DNA of 56,264 nt, the filler included, from Platydemus manokwari (lineage: Eukaryota), in the NCBI GenBank assembly GCA_037951405.1. It is 5 parts of 5 records of this genome, joined end to end, with 100 filler letters (N's around TTAATTAATTAA, not from the genome) between each part and the next. Parts side by side here need not be neighbours in the genome. Positions count along the whole stretch, not along the records: positions 1 to 12,881 come from JBBMOY011928050.1; 4 more parts are not named here. One strand, written 5' to 3'. The notes beneath the pieces are model-generated. The model was not told where the DNA came from. It ran no database searches and saw only the letters and a program-made list of their open reading frames with translations. Positions 1-10,800 of the stretch are shown one piece after another. The position numbers were made by a program, and so were the translations under genes. Position 1 is the stretch's first letter; the number at the start of each line of letters is the position of its first letter.

Positions 1-954
1 AAAAAAATTTTATATTAATTTATTCTTATTTTTAGTTAGTTTGGTTGGCTCAAAATGGCCTGGTTAGTTCCCCACAACTTCAAGACCAATCACTGGATCA
101 TATTGGAGTTTGAACTCGATGATGACAGCGTTTCTATTCGTAGGAACAATGATATTTGCCATACACAGGTAATTGGGGAGAAATGTAAGCGTAAATGACA
201 AATACTATTCATCAAGAGGACTCGTATTTATGCTAATCGATTCGGATTAATAATACAAACCTAGTCATTAATGAAAATTTTCGAATAAATTAAATAGTGT
301 GAAACGTCTGATTACCGGTTTTGCTCGGCGCTTTATACACCGCTTTCAACTAAATCTGCTCCTTTTAGACGCTTGAATCTAGTCTAAGTGAAAGATCCCC
401 TTTAATGTAAACTCGGGAATAGTACTTTTTGATCATGTTAAGATTGCTGCTTTGTAGTCATGCAGCTTCGATCTCACTGACCAAAATAATATACAACACA
501 TTTTTATTCCCAGATTAAATAATCACATTAAAACCCTATCATGCACCTCAACAATCAGATTAAAATGACTTTTATGATTCTAGGAGTCTGTAGAAGTGTT
601 TAACATTTATAATTATAGATTTGATAAACATATCTATTTCCTGAGAACATTTTCTGTCTTTTTAATTTTACAGTTTTGTTTTAATCTTTGTCCACTAATT
701 TGTAGAATTGTCTAAAATAAATCAAACAACACAATGAAGGAAATATATTATCGTAATAGAATTACATGTTGATAACATTTTCTGAAGAACCACTGATTAT
801 AAAAAATCAATTTTATTTCACATTTGATTATCATTTTATCACAAAATAGATTGCACACATCATGCAATTATAAATTAATGATTAAAACAAATTAATGAAC
901 TGTCATAGCAACTAGTATAAATATCGGTTGTGTTGAGCAAACAGTTAATGGGTA

Positions 955-1756
955 TTAATTATCATGATAACTGTCTAAATGTTTCTCATGTATCTCGATA
1001 AGATTTGTGATTTTGTCTAAATCATCTTCCTTTATCGTTCCGATGGAATTTTTAAATAAATTTCTGAAAGCCAACATCTTTTCGTCTTCGATTATTAAAC
1101 CAGAATAATTGCTCTTCGAAGAACTTTCATCCTCATCATAAAATGAATCGTTCGAGTAAGTATCTTCTTTATCCACAGACGTTTTACGATTTTCATTACC
1201 AACATTAGCTTCAGAAATTTTTCTCGTTGAAGATCGATTGATTTTCTTCACTAAATTTATCTCTTTATTCTGCTCAATTTCACCGTCTTCATTTAATATT
1301 TTATTGCTGTTAGAAATTTCTATTTTTTTCACCAATTTCTGGAAATCATCCATACTATCTTCTTTCATTTCGCATATTGAATTCCTAAAAAGACTGCGAA
1401 ATGATTGCGAAAAATCTAAATCGTCTTTATCATCATCTTCTGAACTATACTTCTCCTTAATTTCATCTCGTCGCATAGTACTTTTATATTCAGATACCAA
1501 GGTTTTCAATATTTCGATATTATCTTTGGAAATGTCGGCGATTGAAGCCCTAAACAATCTCTTAAATGATTCAGAAAAATCGGTTTCTTCCTCAAGGTCG
1601 GGTTTGACATCTAATTCGTTTTCAGCGAATCTTTCGATTTGACTTTCATGGTTTAAAATTAAATTTGGTTTTTCATCAACAATTTCTTTCTCAATGATTT
1701 TATTTTTGTTTTCTGAATCTTTATTTTCTTTAGGTTGATTAATTTCTGACGAAAAA
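955..1756 (-). CDS. Terminal exon of an uncharacterised acidic, low-complexity protein with three 29-aa internal repeats; start not resolved
   Basis: The frame of ORF 955..1557 stays open to about 1780 (FSSEINQPKENKDSENKNKIIEKEIVDEKPNLILNHESQIERFAENELDVKPDLEEETDFSESFKRL...). Acceptor CTAG ends at 1757 and a candidate GTAAAT donor sits at 1805. No in-frame ATG near the 5' end. Three ungapped repeats at the protein level argue for real coding sequence. Confidence 0.75.
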
Positions 1757-3161
1757 CTAGTGTAAGATGTTATATTCCAAATTTAAACTCGTGTTATTTA
1801 TTTACTATCCCTGAACGTCAAAATTATAATTACCAATCACAATTTTGAATGTTAAATCAATTTGTCAAATAACCATCACCTAAATCACACTTATAATGGC
1901 AAAATCAATAATAAAGCCACAGCCGAATCAGCACCCAAAATATAGAATAGAAACAAAAAAACGACCATAAAAATTGGTCATCAGAAAAATCACGTAAAAG
2001 AGTAAGTCAGATATTACACTTTTTATGGACGTGTTGTGTATGTTTACTGGTTGATTTAATTATTTCAATTCGTCGGAATAGTCTGCCCACTAGTTTGTCA
2101 ATAGATTCTCTTCTAACTCTTATGTCATTGGCTTATCTCAGTGTTTGTTATCTCTTATTGATGTGCGTCAATTGATAATCGAATTCTATTTATTTGAGTG
2201 GTTATTAGTACGTAAGTTTGTAGAGTCTGTGTGTATCGAACCTTTTGATGATATTTCGATAGGTATCTTGCTTTAGTTATGTTGCATACTCAACAAATGT
2301 ATATTCTATGTCAGAAAATATTCATGACGATGAATCGGTCGATCATTTTTATCTATTTTGTTTTAAACCCCAATAAAATAATCATTAAATTATGGAATTT
2401 GTAGAGCATATAATCAAATAAGACATAATAAATCATTCTATTGTTTTCCACATCATGAACCTCGGGCCAATGACAATCACACACACAGTTGCAATTTTAA
2501 TGTATATTCTTCCGATTCTCTTAATCTTTCTGTGTAAATAAATCAAATAACGACTTCTATAACTCAAATAATCTGCCATTTATTTTATATAATTAATAAT
2601 TCATGAATAAATAATATAATTATTATCAAATGAGTTTATGCAAATGAATGTTTTATCTGCATTCACCATTTTTATTGATTTAAGTGACAAATCCAGAAAC
2701 GAAAAGCTATACCAATGTAAATATGAGCTGCACACATGTGTGTATGTGTGTGTGTTTATACCAAATTACAGGGGTGTCTTTCTCAAATTATCTCACCCAG
2801 TCAATACCTTAAATGATTGATTGATATTAATAATAGCAAATGTGCTGTCTTGTAGACTGTGTTGTCTATAAACATGGATTGATAATTATAGTTTAAAAAT
2901 CAAATCTAGACACTGGAAGAGGGGATTAAATACCATGATTGAAAAATCAATAAATTGTAATTTCAACTGTCAGCTGTTGCTAGGGTAGAATCGATAAAAA
3001 TGAGACATTTAGCAGCGAATATCAGCGGAATATCATTACAACTATGAAAGTCGGTTATTTATATCTACGACAAGCAAGAAATTCCAAGGCAAATGGTCAA
3101 TAACACCGATAAAACACCGATATAACATTGATAAAATATCAAACCATCTATTGTCTCATGT

Positions 3162-4053
3162 TTAGACCATCAAAATATTCGGCATTCTGGCAATCAATGA
3201 ATTGATTCTCGCCACATCTATATCGGCAGCCCACAAATCCTTGATTCGCTCAATAATAATGGTTTTCTCATTTTTTCTTTGATCCCTGCACATTGTCAAT
3301 TCGTATCATTTATCGATCAATAAAACATACAATAAATCCATAACTGATGTCTGCGATCCGGGTAGAGCATCGACGGTCATTATGTAAATCATTTTTTTAA
3401 AGGGCGCATTTTCATGATCGAACAATCCTTGCAAATAAGTGCTAATAAGACTCGGCAATTTATTCAAAACTCCAATATCGACACAGAAATCTCTGTTTTG
3501 CATAGCATTTTCAATAAACAATTTAAGATCTTTCTTAATTGTTTCATCGGGCCTTTCAGGAGGGAGAAATTTTGAACAATTTTCACTTCGTAATAGATTA
3601 TGCGATTTCAATACCAGTGATAAATTTTGTTTAAATTGGTCAACATTATTCGTCAAAGATCCACTGGAACCAATCAATAAAACGGCCGGTTTTTCTATGT
3701 GTAAGTAATTTCTGAATGATGAGTTAGAGATAAAATAGAAACTCAACCTGTTACCCTGTCAGAAAATTGTTCAACGCAACATGTAAAATGTTTAAATAGA
3801 TTTTCTGATCTTCAAAAACATCATTTAAGGTAGTCTTGGTACGGAAAATCGGTACAAGATAATAATAATACATGTCTGATGGATGTTTTATTATTTCAAA
3901 ATGTTCAACTGGGGGAGGAGGCATTAGAATTGGAATTAAAGCCATTAGAAATATTAAAATAGCTGGAATAATTATCATTTTATAACCATATTTGCGCCTT
4001 TTTGGTTGATTCGATTTTTCTGGAGCGTATTTTGTTTCTTTTTCATTTTCCAT
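3162..4053 (-). CDS. Torsin-1A-interacting protein-like (LAP1/LULL1 family) type II membrane protein, 3 exons, about 267 aa
   Basis: Exons 4053-3755, 3711-3331 and 3285-3162 are joined in frame by GT-AG introns of 43 and 45 nt. Basic N-terminus (PKRRK), a TM segment (IIIPAILIFLMALIPIL), then PAVLLI, LFDHENAPFKKMIYIMTV (cf. LAP1 CDHENAAFKDVALVLTV) and C-terminal INSLIARM, where the Arg lines up with the LAP1/LULL1 arginine finger. Confidence 0.8.
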
Positions 4054-6429
4054 CAATGTTTTCTCTAAAATATTGATTGAGAATCACTTAAAATTAAATC
4101 ATTGATAAAACTATCTTTTAACGTATTGTTGATATAGAAAAGTATAACTTATAGAAATTAATAAAAATCAGGAAACATTATTTGATAATATTTTATCTTT
4201 AAGATTTAAAGAAGAACAGCAAATTATGTTTCCAAAACAAAGATTACAGTAATTAATTGAAACAATCAATTTTTATTAAAATAACAATAATGCATAAAAA
4301 TATATTTAAAATCATCATCTGTATTAATAAATAAGCACGTTTTTAAATAGCAATATTTTTCGCTGTCGTCGAATACATTAGATTTTTCTGATAAACTTTA
4401 GGTGTACTTGTCAATTAAATGCTTAAGTGTAATCAATTTTGTGTCTCACATTATGAATCTGTAGAACTTTGAAAGATAATTAATTCAAAAGAAGTCGATA
4501 TAAAAAACTGAATTTAATGTTTAAATAGACTTGGATTATTTTTTATATTATATATTTTCGAAAAATGTTTAATTTAATTAAACAAAAATTTTGTTTGAAA
4601 GCAAAAATTCTTTATTTTATTAAATCCAACGACATAACTTAAAGCACAAGAATCTATAAAATAAAAATTACCGTTACTAAACATACATAGAGTATGAAAA
4701 TTTATAAAGGCCAATAGCACAAAAGTCAATCGTACATAAACGACAGTACCTACATTTAGGTACATAATTTACAGAACAGAATTGACGATATTTGCACATC
4801 ATTATTTATAAATGTAAAGTTTTACCAACTTTTGTGATAATCGAAAAAACCCCATACGAAACCAATTTTCTTTTTTTTATCAATTATACTGTTGGGTTAT
4901 CAATCAACAATTTGAATATGAAAATTTGTATCAACTAAAATATTATACTCAAAGTATCAACAACAACAATAAATAAATCTTTACACAATTCACAAATAAA
5001 GTAACACAAGACGGGATCAGGACCCGAAAGTCAAAAACAAAATGAAGAATAATCAAAAAGACTGGATACTAAAATCACACATAAGCTAAACACTGAAGTT
5101 ACCGGCACACACTAAAAAATATTTGGTTAAAGAAATGAAAAATTCGAAATAAAATTTTGGTTTTGAGTAAATAAATGCAAAATCGAAATATGGAAGGTAT
5201 TATAGTGAAAGGTTGCCTGTTTATAGCAATCAAGAATCTTTAAGATCTCCGACTTTCGTTTCAGGTATATACTTAGGAACACTCCAATAAATTTAAATGA
5301 AACTTGGATCTGTATAAAATTAATTTGCCTTTTTGCATTCTTACTTGTAATATTTATTTTTCAATAATTAAACCTGTGAGAGAAACTCATACGAGTATGA
5401 AAATGATAGAAAACATAAAATAATAAAATAATTATAAAATGTTTTTCTTTAAAAATACACATATTTTTAATATAACATTTATTAAACAAAAATCCACTTA
5501 TTTTAACAATGAAAAATGAACAAACCAAGACGGGAAGGAGAAATTCAGACATGGTCTCGAAAATTTTGATCTAACTAAAAACAAAGCAGACTATATTGAA
5601 ACGCAACAAACAAGAAATAAACCCAATATTTTTTTATAAATAACTCTTTCTAGAATTGTAATTGGTCTGATTTAAAATAATTTTTGACCATCTTTTGGTT
5701 CAGTAATAATTTATGTGTTCTTTCAGCACTCAGGTGTACTAGGTGAGTTGTTATTAGTGCTTCTTATTCAAAATGATCGACATATTTATCCACTAGTACC
5801 ATGTACACTTTTCCGATTTCTTCTGCTTTATAGGCACGGAATAAAATTTTCAGCTTTGTCATTTGATAAGAAGACACAATTTTGACAATAGTGTTGATTT
5901 GAAGTGCACTTGGTTTATTTCAAACATTTGAACCGAGCTAAGCCTTGTTTTTCAAGAATTCTTTTGAATGTAATCTGCAAGAGTTCCAGAGGTTGCTTTG
6001 AGATCGAGCAGGAGGTCTTCATATATTATTCGATTTACTTTTTTGCTTAATATCCCCATCATCCCATTATCCGATCAAGTCTGTCTTACATGTAAAAAAT
6101 TTCCTTAATTTCTCCAGTGATGGATATATTTATGAGGTGTGACAAGTGAGTTAATAAATTTTTTATCTTGTAGTACTAAAATATTATTGCGATTATCGCT
6201 TTTTGCATTAATTGGCTTTGAAAGTACATCATGGAAGAAACTATCGGGCAACTATAAACATGGTTTGCTTTTGTAACTTGTATACGCGTGAAAAATGAAT
6301 GTGTGAATGTCACTATCGTGACTTCTAATCATAAAAGCTCACAGTAATTTCCATAATCAATGTCATGTTACCACGGAAGCCATATGGAGACCAAATAAGA
6401 GTAACTACGTAAAATTTTTTGTTAAATTA

Positions 6430-6900
6430 GAAAAATACTATGATGTAAAGACGTATAGATTTTCCAAAGAATTTGGCTTTAGAAAATTTACATAGAGAGT
6501 TTTTCAAGCGACCATTTCATAATTCATTTAACCTCTCTTTTATTTAATTATCTATTGTCTTAGAACAATTTTCTCTAACTTTACCTTTTCTGGATTTCTT
6601 TCTAGTTCTTTTTATGTCTCCAGTTTACACTGATTTTTATGGTTAATTTCTAATGATTTATTTTATTCATTGAATTTTTTAAGTTTTAAATAACATTGAT
6701 TTCCTTTAATCATTTATAATATTCTAATTTTCTTTGATATTTCATCTGCCAATTTTTTTTCTAATTTTTTTATTTTAATTTAATTATTTATTTTGCTACG
6801 GTGTTTTTGTGTATTATATTTTATTTTCTTAGATTTTAACAAGGCTGATTTTTTTATAGTTTATTTAAATATTCTAATGATAATTTAATTCTCAAATAAT
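6430..6900 (-). mobile_element. Possible very decayed Polinton PolB N-terminal fragment
   Basis: Broken Lys/Glu/Asn-rich frames with KWSLEK / TLYVNFLKPNSL..YV near 6530-6445, loosely like the W..xLxVNxxKxxPLxGxSYI block upstream of Polinton PolB. Many stops. Confidence 0.25.
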
Positions 6901-7825
6901 AAAGAAAGATACCAAATAACAAGCGAGATTAATTGATCTATATAATAAGCGAATATTTTTAACAAAATTGTTCAAAAATTAATAAATTTAACGTATCATG
7001 TTACTGATCCAGGTTTAGTATTTTCTAATTCTATTTACTCCACATAGTCTTCATCTATTCCGTGAATTTTTGTGTCAACTTCAGACTGTTGTCATCTCAC
7101 CACTTTTTCTCAATCTTCATTCTGACTTGTTCGGCATTAATTTAGGTACTCTGATTTATCCTGCAAAGTATTTAATATTAATGTAAGTGTGGAAATAGTT
7201 TTAATAAAAATGCATTGTTTGGAGAATTATGCTGATTTAACAAAGTCAAAATTTGATTATTAATTTTATATTTATTCTTATTACAAGTGCAATTGGACTC
7301 TATTATGAATTTATAATATTTGTTAAGAATTCAATAGAAATCATCTAGAATCTAATCCTTTGAAAGTAAAATATAAAAAATTAAGTGATCACTTTGGATT
7401 ATTTATATTATAATTAAAAATTTTAGTTAAGTGCTTATTTAAAAATATATAAATTACCGAAACTGTAAAGTATACTTAAGTTTTCTAGCAATAATAATAT
7501 TTTCGTTATTATAGCTTGTTTTATTTTAGAATCTAAAGTTTAGATATATATTATGGGTTCTACTGTTTTGTAATTATAATTTTAAATTAAAATATTTCAG
7601 TATTTTGCATTTTACAGTTTATTCATTAAAATATATAAAATGTTTAATTATTTAGTAAAACTTAAAAATTTATATAATAATGAAAACACTTTTTACTTTG
7701 GCATATCATATATCTTTAAATTAGTATTTATTTAGAATTGTTTCATTATATTGTTGAAATCATTTTAATCTAAGATATTATAACAGTAAACTTTTAAAAC
7801 ATCATTTATGTTACATTTATAATTC

Positions 7826-10800
7826 ATGGGTCAAAATGTTTCTCTTTGCTGTGGTGTCTTCAGAATTATTTTGTATAATGTAAATACATTTCATAACTTC
7901 ATATTTAAAAGTTTTCGTATAAAATGCATTTTTATCGAAGAAATGTTGTGATTATATTTTGTATTTTCAGATTTACAAACGTCTTTGCTGCATTCCGGAA
8001 ACGAAATATCTTCCAACTTGCAATATTACAATGATTGGAGTATCTAATGTTGGGAAATCTAGAATGCTTGCAGCCTTAAATAAAGAGAATCTCAAGACTG
8101 ATCCGACTATTGGTAAGTATAGATCTTTCTAAAATTATATTATAATCAGAAATTATTAATTCTAAAATTTTAATATCTTATATATTACTTACTATATTGT
8201 ATAATATCTTATATACCAGAAAAGAAATTGAATAATTGTTGAATATATTCTCTCCAAATATCATTATATTTGATAAAAATATCATCAAATTAATACAAAT
8301 ATTTTATTTTATTTTCAGGCTTCAATCTCAAAGCTGTGAAATTGAGCCATTGCATTCTAAACGTAAAAGAATTGGGCGGTAATCATGTTTCTATATTATT
8401 TTCAATTATCGATTTTTTTAATTTTTTCATCAATTTCGGTTAACTTTTTGGATTTAAAGGTTTTCATTGTGTGATGTTTTCATATTATTTGAAAATAATC
8501 CGAGCTTTTTAATCCCTAATAAATGGTTCGACCCCAACTCTGGGTAATTTCAATCGATTGACTCCTTTTCCTCACCACTACTGACAATATTTAGAGATAA
8601 CAGCATTTTTACAAACATAAATTCCGACGAATCTATTTTATATTCGTTTGTTATCATTAGGAAGAAACAATTTTACAGGTCTTCAACAATCAATGTGTTC
8701 ATCAGGAATCTTGATGTTTTGTTGTCATAGAGGGATGGTTTATATTGGAAATGTTAGTAGCGGCTACTTCACTTGCAATTGATGTTTCAACAAAAGAAGT
8801 CATGATTACGATTTTCTTAATATTTATTTCATAACAAATCAAACATTTTTCAAGCATATTTCTGGTGAGCTGTTTTTTTCAATCTTAATCAGATATAAAT
8901 ATTAAAATTACTTCATTTTAAACAACCAAATATAAATTTTAAAATATTTAATTTTAAAATATAAAATTTATTAAACTATTTTAAATAGTAATTAAAAAAT
9001 TTTTGTTTAAATTTTTATTCAAAGTTAATTAAAATTAATCCTCACAGTGTGTAAATCTTTATAAAATTGTAATGTTAATAAAACATAAATTATCGCGTAA
9101 AATGAAGATAAAAATGCTCTACAGACCGTCACAAACTTGTTATGTAATAATTATAATATAATGGCAGTTAATAATATGTGTGTCATGGCACTCTTCCATA
9201 TGGTCCAGGCCTCAAATCAAACATGATAAATACAAGAACATTATAATTAATTATACCGTTTAATGTCCATAATTATATATAGGGCGTTGAAACCATTTAA
9301 CGATAAGCCAAAGCTCACATCATTTATTAATTAGATATGGTTTTCGAATTTATTGCCGAGTTAAGTCATTTGAATTATTAAATGGTTTACAAGTTTGTAA
9401 GGAAATCAAGTTTTGCTGATTCAACTGAGTTTTCTCATATCTGATAGATTTCTGAATCCAAATTCCCTTGATTAGTAGCTATCTCTATTTTTCAGTGTAA
9501 GATTATATTTCCCATTATATCGGGCAATACTCCCCTATATTGAGTTGAACGCATCTGTTGTGATCTCTTCACAGTTCTATATCGACAAAGTCTTCATCGA
9601 AATAATATTAAAAACCTTGTAGAGTTTTTGAATTGCCAACTAATAGAATAATGGAGCAAATCAAGAGTCATTGGATTTTTTATTAAAAGTCTGAAAGGCA
9701 CTTATTGTAATGGGTGTAGAGCGTTACGAGGATGACAGATTAACAGGCGATAAATACACGAGTACATTTGATTAGCAAACTTTTCGAGAGTTATTTTTGG
9801 AATTAAAAGCATCTCTCTTCACTAATTCCATTCGTTACTATGGCAGCAAAATTCAAGAGCTATCTGATTATATAAAGGATATTTGTGCATCTCTTTTTGA
9901 ATTTTTAGATTTCAAACTTGTGCATCGAAATAATTCATAATCTACTTATGCGAAACGATTTGATGCCTGACAGCATTTAGGAGCAATTTCCTGGGAGATT
10001 AATTACGACGATTTCGAAGTAACTGGAAAATATAGCACCGTAAATTATTATTTAGAAGAATTTCATAATAATTTTTAAGAACTTTTACGGATAATTCCGT
10101 ATGGTTCAATATTTTTCGGTGGACAAGTTTTTAACATTTATAATCGATATGTTTTCAATAGCTCATGATTATGTTGAATTATGTTGTTCTTTCCTTAGGA
10201 TTTTTATAAATGTTTCATCGTTTTCGGTCTGAAATCAATCAATACAATAATTTCTTTCTCTGCAAAGTGCCTTTCCTCACCTTTTCATTTTTCTATTTTT
10301 CGTTATATTATTTCATTATATTTTCATAATTATCGTTATTAGGCAGCGATGATGTGCGAAAATTTTGGCCCAGATATTTCTCAAACACGGAATCATTGAT
10401 GATCATAATAAGATTATCTAATTCTCATAATATGTCAGAAGAATTCACCAATCAACATGAGAAATTATCTGAAATATTTGATCTACATAAACATCATGAT
10501 TTACCACTGTTGATCATTATAACTTCAGAATATCTCAATGAAACTCATGAGTCCATGTTGATGGTACTACAATAGTATTGATAAATTATGAATAAAATAA
10601 TATTCAGATCAATGATGTCATTGGTAAGTCCACAAAAGCTAATAGATATCTCCAATGCGTTGTTGGTGATGTAGTCAAAGATTGTGATAAAATTAAGGAG
10701 ATTTTAGACATGTTTTGTTTTAAATTTTTATTGAATTAAATGTATTTTTTAAATATATTTATTCTTAACATTTATCTTTCCACTAAAATTTTCATTAAAA

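Noticed and set aside
40-390. Possible exons of a gene entering from the left edge (40-168 and 298-387 on +)
   Set aside because: Plausible AG/GT borders and open frames, but no recognisable homology; cannot be supported.
1238-1642. 134-aa plus-strand ORF, and similar ones at 3439-3708, 31400-31639, 40324-40656, 47442-47648, 50017-50226 and 54848-55078
   Set aside because: Antisense shadows of real exons.
4960-5330. Solo LTR candidates (here and at 37900-38300) with TATA-like boxes
   Set aside because: No TG..CA ends, target-site duplication or second copy could be shown.
8480-10130. Decayed transposase-like frames in ARL15 intron 3 (also 5700-6350, 42900-43200, 48450-48830 and 50800-51200)
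   Set aside because: Composition suggests old transposons, but no motif is strong enough to name a family.
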